64,000 nucleotides of DNA from Mobula hypostoma. Taxonomy: Eukaryota. The notes beneath the pieces were generated by a model. That model made no database searches. It was not told the origin of the DNA and worked only from the letters and a program-made list of their open reading frames with translations. The translations under genes and the position numbers were made by a program. How positions within the stretch are numbered: the first letter of the stretch is position 1; every line of letters starts with the position of its first letter. The stretch covers positions 97,404,001-97,468,000 of the forward strand of contig NC_086097.1 of the NCBI RefSeq assembly GCF_963921235.1, given 5' to 3'. This document shows, piece by piece, positions 1-11,625 of this stretch.

Positions 1-107
1 GTTGCGATCAGTGCTCGGGCGCAGGATTCGGAGGTGGTGTCGCTGAGCGGGACTGCCTCCTGCCATCTGGTGAACCGGTCTATCATAGTTAGGAGGTACC
101 GCACTCC

Positions 108-2362
108 TCATGACACTGGCAGGGGTCCCACGATATCCACATGAATGTGGTCGAACCTCCGGCGGGTGGGTTTGAACCGCTGCGGCGGAGCCTTGGTGTG
201 CCGCTGCACCTTGGCCGTTTGGCACTGCATACACGTTTTGGCCCATTCACTGACCTGCTTACGAAGCCCATGCCACACGAACCTATTGGCGACCAGTCGG
301 ACGGTTGTCCTGATGGAGGGGTGCGCTAAGTTGTGAATGGATTTGAACACCCACCGGCGCCAGGCTGCTGGGACGATGGGGCGGGGTTGGCCAGTAGCTA
401 CGTCACATAGTAGGGTCCTCTCACCTGGGCCTACGGGGAGGTCTTGGAGCTGCAAACCGGAGACTGCAGTCCTGTAACTGGGGATCTCCGCGTCTGCCTG
501 CTGTGCCTCTGCCAGCGCTGCATAGTCCACCCCCTGGGACAGGGCCTGTATGGTCGGTCGGGGTAGTGCGTCCGCCATGACGTTGTCCTTTCCCGAGACA
601 TGCCGGATGTCCGTCGTGTACTCGGAGATGTAGGACAGATGTCGCTGCTGGCGGGACGACCAGGGGTCGGACACCTTCATGAACGCAAAGGGAAGCGGTT
701 TGTGGTCTGTGAACGCGGTGAAGGGCCTACCTTCTAAGAAGTACCTGAAATGCCGGATTGCCAGGTATAGTGCCAATAGCTCCCGGTCGAAAGCACTGTA
801 TTTGAGTTCGGGTGGTCGTAGGTGTTTGCTGAAGAACGCCAGGGGCTGCCAGCGACCATCGATGAGTTGTTCCAGCACTCCACCGACTGCTGTGTTGGAT
901 GCGTCCACCATGAGGGCAGTAGGAACGCCCGCTCTGGGGTGCACTAGCATCGCGGCGTTTGCCAAGGCTTCTTTGGTTTTAACGAAGGCGGCTGCGGCCT
1001 CTTCGTCCCAGGTAATGTCCTTGCCCTTACCCGACATTAGAGTGAACAGGGGTCGCATGGTTCGGGCTGCTGAGGGGAGGAAACGGTGGTAGAAATTCAC
1101 CATACCCACGAATTCCTGCAGGCCTTTGATTGTGTTGGGTCGGGGGAAGTGGCGGACCGCGTCTACCTTGGCGGGCAGCGGGGTTGCCCCGTCTTTGGTA
1201 ATCCTGTGGCCCAGGAAGTCGATGGTATCGAGTCCGAACTGGCATTTGGCTGGGTTGATTGTAAGGCCGAATTCGTTCAGGCGGGAGTAGAGCTGGCGGA
1301 GGTGGGACAGATGCTCCTGCCGACTACTGCTGGCTATGAGGATGTCATCCAAATAGATGAATGCAAAGTCCAGGTCGCGTCCCACCGCGTCCATTAGACA
1401 CTGGAAAGTCTGTGCGGCATTCTTTAGACCAAACGGCATTCGAAGGAATTCAAAAAGTCCGAACGGGGTGATGAGTGCTGTTTTGGGGATGTCGTCCGGA
1501 TGTACCGGGATTTGATGGTATCCCCGGACGAGGTCTACCTTGGAAAAGATCCTTGCGCCTTGTAGGTTTGCTGCAAAATCTTAAATGAGTGGCACAAGGT
1601 AGCGGTCTGAAGTTGTAGCCTCGTTCAGCCTGCGGTAGTCACCGCATGGTCTCCAGCCGCGCCCCCCCCCGCCCCCGTTGCCTTGGGCACCATGTGCAGC
1701 GGGGAGACCCATGGGCTGTCGGACCGTCGTATGATCCCCAATTCCTCCATCTTCTTGAACTCCTCTTTCGCCAGTCGGAGCTTGTCCAGGGGAAGCCTTC
1801 GAGCACGGGCGTGGAGGGGTGGTCCCTGGGTCGGGATGTGGTGCTGTACTCCGTGTCTGGGCATGGCTGCCGTGAACTGCGGTGTCAGTACTGATGGGAA
1901 ATCCGCCAGGACCCTGGTGAATTCATCGTCAGACAGCGTGATGGAGTCCAGGTGTGGCGCTGGCAACTGTGCTTCATTCAGGGAGAACGTTTGAAAAGTC
2001 TTGGCGTGGACTAATCGCTTCCCTTGCAGGTCGACCAGCAGGCTGTGGGCTCGTAGAAAATCCGCCCCCAGGAGTGGTTGGGCCACGGCAGCCAGTGTGA
2101 AGTCCCACATGAACCGGCTGGAGCTGAACTGTAGCCGCACCGTGCGGGTACCGTAGGTTCGTATTGTGCTGCCATTAGTGGCCCTCAGGGTGGGTCCCGG
2201 TTCTCAGTTGCGGGTGTCGTAACTCGTTGGAGGTAAGACGCTGATCTCCGCTCCGGTATCGACCAAAAAGCGGCGTCCCGACTGCTTGTCCCAGACGTAC
2301 AGGAGGCTGTCCTGATGGCCAGCCGCCGTAGCCATCAGCGGCGGTTGGCCCTGGCGTTTCCC
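108..2362 (-). pseudogene. pol: Gypsy pol (PR-RT-RH-IN), disrupted by frameshifts and stops
   Basis: ORF pieces 2204-2425, 1625-2140 and 108-1439 carry PR, RT, RH and IN motifs; frame break at the C-run near 1660-1676. Confidence 0.9.
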
Positions 2363-3039
2363 AGGAATTTGCAGGGCGGTCTGCAGCGGCGGGCCTCTGT
2401 GCCCCACCGCTGGTGGTAGAAGCACTATTGTTCGTTGGGCTCCTCACTCCCGTCGCCGGGTTTTGTAGGCTCTGCTGCCGGGCCTGGTCTGGTCTGTCGT
2501 TGGGCACGTGGCTTGGTGATCTGTGCGACGGATGCCCCTCTCTCTTTCCTGGCATTCCACAGCACATCTGCCAGGGCCGCCACCTCCCGGGGGTTGCTGA
2601 AATCTGCGTCGGACAGCAGCAGGCATATGTCCTCGGGCAGTTGCTCTAGGAACGCCTGCTCAAACATGAGGCAGGGTTTGTGTCCTTCAGCCAGGGCCAG
2701 CATCTCGTTCATTAATGCTGACGGCGGCCTGTCTCCCAAACCATCCAGGTGCATTAAGCGGCGTGCTCGTTCGCACCGTGAGAGTCCGAAAGTCCTTATG
2801 AGCAGGGCTTTGAATGCTGTGTATTTGCCGTCCCCCGGGGGCGACTGAATAAACTCCTCAACTTGTGCAGCAGTCTCCTGGTCGAGGGAGCTCAGCACGT
2901 AGTAGTAGCGAGTGGACTCCGAGGTTATCTGCCGAATGTGGAATTGAGCTTCTGCTTGTTCGAACCACAGACGAAGTCGCAGCGGCCAAAAGCTTGGCAG
3001 TTGTAACGAAACTGCGTGAACAGATGCGGCGTCGGTCAT
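2335..3039 (-). pseudogene. gag: Gypsy gag with a premature stop
   Basis: MTDAASVHAVSLQLPSFW...WFEQAEAQF; TAG at 2425-2427 sits just before CFYHQRWGTEARRCRPPC (CHCC knuckle); in-frame TGA at 2335-2337. Confidence 0.85.
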
Positions 3040-3063
3040 CTCTGGTCCAAATATCGTTTGGGT

Positions 3064-3077
3064 CGTCGGGGTCAACA
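3064..3077 (-). promoter_or_regulatory. tRNA-Trp-type primer binding site
   Basis: Minus strand TGTTGACCCCGACG, one mismatch to TGGTGACCCCGACG (complement of the tRNA-Trp 3' end), 2 nt after the LTR. Confidence 0.75.
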
Positions 3078-3079
3078 AT

Positions 3080-3366
3080 TGTAGCGGTGTGCTACGCACA
3101 GCACTAAAATAACCACACGGAGTCGGTGAGTTAGAGTTGCGATAAAGAGATTTATTCAAACTTCGCAGCCTGCTTTAAAGCCTTTCCGTTCCCGCCCTCC
3201 CTGGGGCGGGACTGCTGTGGGGAATGCATATTCCCAGACCCTTTCCACGAGCGGGATTTTCCCCCTGCTTGTGAAGATGGCTTGGTGCCCTTTTTGGGGC
3301 CAGCCCTCTGCCTGCGCGCGCTGTTTCGTGAGCCGGTTCGTGGGTGCCAGAAAGTGGGTCACCACA
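3080..3366 (-). repeat. 5' LTR of the CsRN1-like element (287 bp)
   Basis: Minus strand begins TGTGGTGA and ends GCTACA; AATAAA at 3151-3156; immediately followed by the PBS. Confidence 0.85.
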
Positions 3367-3414
3367 GTCTGATACTTCTACATCCTACATGTAGTACAGG
3401 TAGTACATGTAGTA

Positions 3415-5765
3415 CATTTACTTGCATTAAATTTCATCTGCCATTTATCTGGCCACATCTGGATTTTGCTTTGATCTAACTGTATTGATTTGGCCACCTG
3501 AGTGTTATCAGCCCATCTCCCTAATTTTGTGTCATCAGCAAACTTTACTAGTTTATTTGTTATGTGTTATCCAAATCATTAATCTAAGTTAAAAACAGCA
3601 GCATCCCCAAAACTGATCCCTGCAGAACCCCACTTTTAACATCTTCTAGGTGTGAAAATGATCTTCTCACCATAACTTGCTTTCTGGTTTTGAGTCAATT
3701 TTGCACCCATTCGCACACCCCACTCTAAATCCCTACCTCCAGTAATTTGATTATTAATCTTTTGTGGAGTACCTTGTCAAAAACCTTATGAAAGTCCAAA
3801 TAAAGTATATCAACTGCTCTATTGCTATCACAAATTTTAATTGCCTCTTCAATAGTAAAGCATGATTTCCCCTTTCTGAACCCAAGCTGACTTTCTGCTA
3901 ACATGCCTGGTCTTATCAGCTGCTTTTCTATCTCATTCTTTATTATTGTTTCCATTATCTTACCCATGATACATGTTAAGTTTGCTGGTCTATAGTTACC
4001 AGTGTCAGTGAGGCCACCCTTCTTCTATACTGGGACAACATTAGTCCATTTCCAGTCCTTAGGGATTTCACCAGTCTTCAATGATTTTTGAAAAATACAT
4101 GTTAGGGGTTTGTATATATAATCACAGACTTCATTAAGTCACCTCTACTTCCAAAGGAGACTGAGGTCCTTTGGAGGATGCAGGCCTCTCCTTCACATGT
4201 TCTACCAGTCTGTTGTCGCCAGTGCAGTCTTTTATGCGGTGGTGTGTTTGGGTAATGGCATCAACATGGGTGATGCTAACAGGCTCAATAAACTGATTAG
4301 AAAGGTGGGCTCTGTTATAGGAGTCAAACTGGGCACACCGGAGGCTGTGGCAGGACAAAGGACCCTACAGAAAATCCTAGCAATTCTGGACAATGTTTCT
4401 CACCCCCTGCATGTCACCTTGGCTGAACAGAGGAGCACTTTCAGTAACAGACTAAGACAACTGCACTGCTCCAAAGAGCACGACATGAGGTCATTCTTAC
4501 CCTTAGCCATTCGGCTCTATAATGAGCCAACCTATAGCCAGGGAAGTGATGACCCCCCCCCCCGCCCCCGTTAACTGTTTCAGGTAACTTATTTTTTACA
4601 CTTTTTACTTCTATTATTTATATCTGTGCACTTGTAATGCTACTATAATTTACTTTGGGATTAATAAAGTATCCATCCATCTATCCATCTATATGCTGTC
4701 CGGCCCTGGAGATTTATTAAATTTTGACCTTTTCAGCTGAAGCAGAACCTCACATTCTAAGGTCTCTAAGTCACTTAAAACAACTTCATTTTTCTCTACA
4801 CTTACTGGCATATTGCTAATATCTTCGCAGGTGAATACTTTAGCAAAATACGAGTTAAGAGTATCTGCTATGTCTTTCTCCACATAATTTAACACCCCAC
4901 CATTTTTCCTAATACACTTCACTTCCTCCTTGGTTTTTCTTTTACTACTAAAGTATTGAAAAATCTCTTAGGGTCAATTTTAGCATTATCAGCAATATCC
5001 TTCTCAACCTATATTTTGACAATCCAAATTTCCCTCTTGACTATAGCTCTCATATTTTCATGTGCCCTACTGTTAACATCATTACTATTTTTTTCTGTAT
5101 TCCTTAAATAGCTGTCTTTACTTCAATAATTGTTATGTACATCCTTATTCGTCCATGTAGTTGATCTATTCTTTTATTGCTTCTCGTGACCTTGGGTATG
5201 AACATTTCCTGCACTGAGTATATTACCTCTTTAAATCAACCCCATTGTTCCTCAGCTGACTCAACGGCAAGCAGTTCTTCCAGTTTACTTTCTGAAGTCT
5301 CTGCCACATCTGCAGAAACTTTGCCTTTCTGCAATTCAATTTAATGGCTTTGGTTTTTACTGATATACTCTCCCAAAAAACTTTGAGACTAACAATGTTA
5401 TGGTTGCTTGTTCCTAAAGGGTCAACAACTTGCACACTCAAAATTCTATCCTGATTGTTACATAACATCAAGTCTCAACAGGCCTCCCTTCTTGTTGGTG
5501 CATTTACATACTGGGTCAAAAGACAATCATTCAATAACTCAATTAATTCACTTCCCTTAATCCATTAGTCACTGGGTTCTCCCACTCAATATTTGGGAAA
5601 TTAAAGTCATCCATAACTATAAAGTAAGTAATTGTTCCAAAGTAGGCATTGTAGGCCAACGGGCCTGTATTGTGCTGTAGTTTTTCTATGTTTCTATAAC
5701 ATCACCTTCAGAACTTGCTTTTTTAATAGTCTGAGAGAGTTGTTTGTTAAAATCACTGTCACCTT
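3415..5765 (-). mobile_element. Decayed CR1 LINE (APE endonuclease plus RT fragments)
   Basis: QLGFRKGKSC, YLDFHKVFDKV and KSPGPDSI; EN motif IVMDDFNFPNIEW near 5583-5620; many stops. Confidence 0.8.
4136..4690 (+). mobile_element. Rex1/Babar-type LINE 3' fragment inserted in the CR1
   Basis: MFYQSVVASAVFYAVVC...SFLPLAIRLYN C-terminus, then AATAAA and an (ATCC/ATCT)n tail. Confidence 0.75.
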
Positions 5766-5908
5766 GACCTATGACCTTGTTCTTGTCTCATCCAACCTCA
5801 ATGGAAAAAGCCTACTTACGATACATTTAACCTATTTTTATCCTTAATAACTTTGTGTACATCTAGCAAATCCCCATCATTCTCCTGCACTCCAGGAAAT
5901 AAAGTCCA

Positions 5909-8900
5909 TAAGACCATAAGGTATCAGAGCAGAATTAGGCCATTTGGCCCTTTGAGTCTGCTCCACCATTTCATCATGGCTGATTCATTCTCCCTCTCAG
6001 CACCAATCTCCTGCCTTCTCCCTGTATCTCTTCATGCCCTCACTGATCAAGAATCTATCAACCTCTGCCTTAAATATATCCAATGATTTGACCTCCACAG
6101 CTGCCTGTGGCAATGAATTCCACAGTTTCACCATTCTCTGGCTAAAGAAATTTCTCCTCATCTCCGTTCTAAAAGGTCACCTGTCTACTCTGAGGCTGTG
6201 TCCCCTGGTCTTAGACTGTCCCACCACAGGAAGCAGTCTCTCCTCATCTACTCTATTGAGGCCTTTCAACATTCAATAGGTTTCAATGAGGTCACCTCTC
6301 ATTCTTTTGAGTTCCAGGGAGTACAGGCCCTGAGCCATTAAACACTCCTCATATGACAAGCCTTTCAATCCTGGAATCATTTTCATGAACCTCTTTTGAA
6401 CCCTTTCCAATGTCAGCTCATCCTTTCTTCAATAAGGGGCCCAAACCTGTTCACAATGCTCCAAGTGAGGCCTCACCAGTGCTTCATAAAATCTCAACAT
6501 TACACCTTTGCTTTATATTCTGGTCCTCTCGAAATGAATGCTAACATTGCATTTGCCTTCCTCACCACGGACTCAACCTGCAAATTAACCTTTAGGGAAT
6601 CCTGCACAAGGACTCCCAAGTCCCCTTACACCTCAGATTTTTGAATTTTCTCTCCATTTAGAAAAGCCCATTCTCCTAATCTGTTAAAGTCCTTCTTTAG
6701 TCCCTATACTTCCTCAAACCTTCTTGACCATCCACCCCTCTTCATATCGTCTGCAAACGTGGTTACAAAGTCACCAATTCCATCATCCAAATCATTGACT
6801 ATTAACATAAAAAGAAGCGATCCCAACACTAGTCACCAGCAGCCAACCAAAAAAGGCTACCTTTACTCTTATTTTTTGTCTCCTGTCAATCAACCACTGC
6901 TCTATCCATGCTAGTACCTTTTCTGTAATACCATGGGCTCATAGCTTGTTAAGCAGCCTCATGTGTGGCACCTTGTCAAAAGCCTTCTGAAAGCCCAAGT
7001 ACACAATATTCGCCAATTCCTCTTTGTCTATCCTGCTTGTTATTTCTTAAAAGAACTCCAATAGATTTGTCAGGCAACATTTTCCATTGAGGAAACCGTG
7101 CTGACTACGGCCTATTTTATCATGTGCCTCCAGGAACCCAAAGCCATATCCTTAATCGACTCCAGCATCTTCCCAACCTCTGAGGTCAGACTAACTGGCC
7201 TATAGTTTCTTTTCTTCTGGTTCTCTCCTTTCTTGAAGAGTGTTGTGACATTTGCAATTTTCCATTCCCCCGGAACCATTCCAGAATCTAGTGATTTTTG
7301 AAAGATCATTACTAATTCCTCCACAATTCAGCCAGCTCTTTCAGAACTCTGTGGTGTACACCATCTGGTGCAGATGACTTTTCTATCTTCAGACCTTTCA
7401 GTTTCCCAAGAACCTTCTCTCTAGTAATGGTAACTTCACACACTTCATGACCGCTGACACCTGGAATTCCACCATACCACTAGTGTCTTCCACAGTGAAG
7501 ACTGAAGCAAAATACTTATTCAGCTTGTCCGCCATTTCCTTTTTCCCCATTTCTACTTCTCCAGCATCATTTTGTAATGCTTACTCGTGTCTTTCTTTTA
7601 CACTTTATATATCTGAAGAAACTTTTGGCATCCTCTTTAATATTACTGACTAGCTTATCTTCTTATTCCATCTTTTAGTTGCCTTCTGTTAGTTTTCAAA
7701 AGCTTCGCAATCCTCTAACTTCCCACTAATTTTTGTTCTAATATATGCCCTCTCTTTGGCTTTTATGTTGGCTTTGACTTCTCTTCTCAGCCATGACTGT
7801 GTCATCCTGTCTTTAGAATACTGCTTCCTCTTTGGGACATATATATATCTTGCCCCTTATGAATTGCTCACAAGTTAATTCTGGTTCATTGCACAACACC
7901 CAATCCAGAATAGCCGATCCCCTAGCGGATTCAACCACGAACTGCTCTAAAAAACCATCTCATAGGCATTCTACAAGTTCCCCCTCTTGGAATCCAACAC
8001 CAACCTAATTTTCTCAATCTACCTACTTATTGAAATTTCCCATGTCTATTGTAACATTGCCCTTTTGACATGCATTTTCTATCTCCCATTTTAACTTGTA
8101 GACCACATATTTACTACTGTTTGGGGGGTCTATGTATAACTCCCATCAGGGTCTTTTTACCCTTGCAGTTCCTTAGCTCTGCCCACAACAATTCCAACTC
8201 TATGTCACCTCTTTCTAATGATTTGATTTAATTTTTTACCAACAGAGCCATGCCACCCCCTCTGCCTTCCTGCCTGGCCTTCTGATACAATGTGTATCCT
8301 TGGACTTTAAGTTCCCAGCTGTAATGTTCTTTCAGCCACAACTAACTAATACCCATAATGTCATACATACCAATCTGTAACTGTACTGCAAGTTAATCTA
8401 CCTTATTTTGTATACTGCCTGCATTCAAATACAACACCTTTTGTCCTGTATTCACCATTTTTGATTTTGTCCACTTTTTACATTGCAACTCATCCTGTTG
8501 ACTACAATTTTGACCAATCATTAGCCTCTCCTTGCTAGGAGTCTCACTACACATTGCTCCTGTTTGTAAACCAACTACCTGATCCTCAGCACTGTCACTC
8601 CAGTTCCCATCACACTGCCAAATTAATTTAAGCCCCCCTGAACAACTCCAGGAAACCTGCCCGCGAGGATACCAGACCCCCTTGGGTTCAGAATAGCCAT
8701 TCCTTTTGTACAGGTCATACCTTCCTCAGAAGAGATCCCAATGATCCATGAATCTGAACCCCTGTCCTCTGCACCAGTTCCTCAGCCACGCATTCATCTG
8801 CCAAATCATCCTATTCTTATCCTCACTGCCATTTGGCACAGGCGGCAATCCAGAGATTACTACCCCAGAGCTCTTGTTTTTCACCTTTCTACCCAGCTCT

Positions 8901-8945
8901 CTAACATCTCTCTTCAGGACCTCCTCACCTTTCTTACCTATGTCA
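5909..8945 (-). mobile_element. CR1 LINE with ORF1 esterase, EN and RT remnants
   Basis: 3' tail (CTTATGGT)n on minus strand; WKIANVTTLFKKG...NYRPVSLTS; ORF1 SGNH-esterase-like VVISGLPPVP...NAWLRNWCRGQGFRFMDHWDLF (8726-8968). Confidence 0.85.
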
Positions 8946-10692
8946 TTCAACCTTCCCCTAGAACTCAAGTCGCAGCATCATTCTTGTAAATTTTCTCAGT
9001 ACTCTTTCAATCTTATCAGTATCTTTACTCCCAGTAAGTGATGTGAATTGCACATAATATTCCAAATTAGACCTCATTAATGTCCTCTCTAACTTCAACA
9101 TAACAACCCAACTTCAGTACTCAGTACTATAATTTATTAAGGCAATATGCCAAAAGCTCTCCTTATGGTCCTACCTGCTTGTGACGCCGCTTTCAAGGAA
9201 TTATGGATCTGCATTCCCAGATCCCTCTGCTCTACTGATCTCCTCAGTACCCTACCATTCACTGTGACAGTCCTACCCTGGTTTACCCTCCCAAAGTACG
9301 ACACCTCACACTTGTCTACATTAAATTCTAACCGCCATATTGTAGCTCATTTTTCAGCTGGTCCAGATCCCACTGCAAGCTTTGACAGCCTTCCTTGCTG
9401 TTCCTTACACCCCTAGTCTTGATTCCATCACAAATCAGCTGATCCGGTTTAACACATTATCATCCAGATCATTGATATAAATGACAAACAATAACAGACC
9501 CAGCAGCAAATCCTGCAGCACTCCTCTAGCCAGGTCAGGAAATAACCATCGACTACCACTCTCTGGCTTCTCCCACAAAGTCCATCTTAAATCTAATGTA
9601 CCACCTCATCCTGAATACCAAGAGATTGAACTTTCTTGAGCAGCTTCGTATGTGGGACTTCATCAAAGGCTTTGTTAAAGTCTGTGAGGACAACATCCAT
9701 TGCTTTATTTCATCAATTTTCCTGGTAAACTTCTCAAAAAATTCTTTGATTGGTTTGACATGACCTACCATGCAGAAAGTCATGTTGACTATTCCTAATC
9801 AGGCCCTGTCTATCCAAATATCTGGCCCCTTAGAATCATCATCATCATCAGGTGCCATGCCCGGATTGAACTTTGACAGCCGTGGCCCACACACTCCTGT
9901 TTTGGGTCAAGTGGATCAATTCATTGGTATTCATTTCCAGTTCTCTGGCTGCTGTCTCCATCATCATTTCTCTTTGCCTTCCTCTTGCTTTCTTCCCTTC
10001 AATCTTTCCCATAATTACCGTGCATTCTAACTCCCCTTTCCTAATCACATGTCCAATGACGTTACGTTGCCTTTTCATGATCTCATACATTATTTCTCTT
10101 TTTGTGCTTGCTCTGTTCATGACATCCTCGTTAGATATTTGTTTCGTCCATGATATTCTTTGCACCCTCCTCAAAAACCACATCTCTGCTGCTTCAATTC
10201 GTTTCCTCATGTTCTAGATATTGTCCAACATTCTGAGCTATATAACATAACTGGATAAACGTAACATTTCAGTACTTTGAGGCAGGTTGTCATGCCTAGT
10301 TTAGTATTTGTCAGTATATTCTTCATTCTCATAAAGGTGTCTTTTACCATCCCTATTCTTCTTTTGATGTCCATGTCACACCTGCCATCTGATATCACCC
10401 AGCTTCCTAAGTAGCAAAAGTTCTGTACTTGTTTTATGTCTTCCCCGTTTATTCTCAGCCTGCAGATAGGATTCTCCTTCTTTTTGGATATCACCATACA
10501 TTCTGTCTTTTTGCAGTTGATAGACAGACGCATTTTTGCACTTTCTTCAACAACTATATCAATTAAGTTTTGTAGTTCTTCCTCCGTACTTGCAATTAAC
10601 ACAGTGTCATCCGCATATCTAAAATTATTGGTGTTTTCACTGCCAACTTTGATACCCAAGATGTCTCTTATTTTTTGTAATATTGTTTCATT

Positions 10693-11526
10693 TGTGATGC
10701 CAAACAAAGCTATCGGATGATTGATGCTAATGAGAGAGATAAGAGAGACAATGGAGAAACGTTCAAAATGTTAATAAGAGAGGAGAGAGGGATTAACGGA
10801 AAAGAAACACAATTCAGAATATTGACAGACCGGTTGCTTTGAACCTGAACTGTTTGAAGTTTGATGGACAGGCGATACCCCAGCAGGGGGATAAAAAGAA
10901 CAGGTTCGCTAAGGCACGGGACACCACAAGACCACGAGATAACAAGACCCTGGAAAGAGCGGTATGCCCCCACAAGTTGGTGGGAGTTTGGAGGCCCAGT
11001 TCGTGGGAACTGACCATAGGCTCACAGGGTGTAAAGGTACGATCAGTGGGAACCTGGTGTGTGTGTCCGCCCTTGCCTGGGTGCCGGGTTCACTGCGGAA
11101 GAACGATCGTATCTGAATGGAGGGGTCATAGTGGGTGACCACAGCGGAATGGAAGACATCAAAAAGGGTCTGCCCGAAACCAACTGTGAAGACACCAAAA
11201 GGTCTGACTGAACCACATTGCATCCCCCCACCCCCCAACGGCACAACAGCGATTACTGCGAACTGTACTAAGCTGACCTGAACTCTGCGTCACTTGAGAC
11301 TGATCATTTTACCCCTAGACTGTGATAGAGCTTGGTTGATCCCTATTACCCTAGTTCTGTGTACATGTGTGTATTATCATTGCTAACCTGTTGCATTTAT
11401 ATCCTTACGATTAGAGTACTGTGTTACTTATTTCTTTAATAAAACTTTATTAGATCCTAGTAATCCAGACTCCAATGAGTGTTCCATTTCTGTTGGGTTG
11501 GCAACCCAGATATGGGGTACATCACA
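10693..11526 (+). repeat. 5' LTR of the Gmr1-like element
   Basis: TGTGATG...ATCACA; direct repeat of 16200-17035; AATAAA near 11438. Confidence 0.95.
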
Positions 11527-11530
11527 TAAG

Positions 11531-11550
11531 TGGGGATCTCGTCTGGGATT
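11531..11550 (+). promoter_or_regulatory. tRNA-Pro-like primer binding site
   Basis: TGGGGATCTCGTCTGGGATT resembles TGGGGGCTCGTCCGGGATT and lies 4 nt after the LTR. Confidence 0.7.
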
Positions 11551-11625
11551 TTGAACGCCAAATTTGGGACTGGGTAAGTTGATTGGGTTAAAATTCCCGA
11601 AAGAAAGAAAGGGCAAACAGCAGAA

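Larger units (their letters stand above)
1..3366 (-). mobile_element. Ty3/Gypsy LTR retrotransposon, CsRN1-like clade (5' LTR, gag, pol); 3' part runs off the window
   Basis: Order on minus strand: LTR, PBS, gag, protease FLVDTGAEISVLP, RT ([16 protein letters not shown]), RNase H ([23 protein letters not shown]), integrase HHCC finger and core start ([11 protein letters not shown]). Confidence 0.95.

Noticed and set aside
679..2848. Plus-strand ORFs over the Gypsy element, and similar antisense ORFs over LINEs
   Set aside because: Shadow frames of GC-rich retroelement coding sequence with no independent motifs
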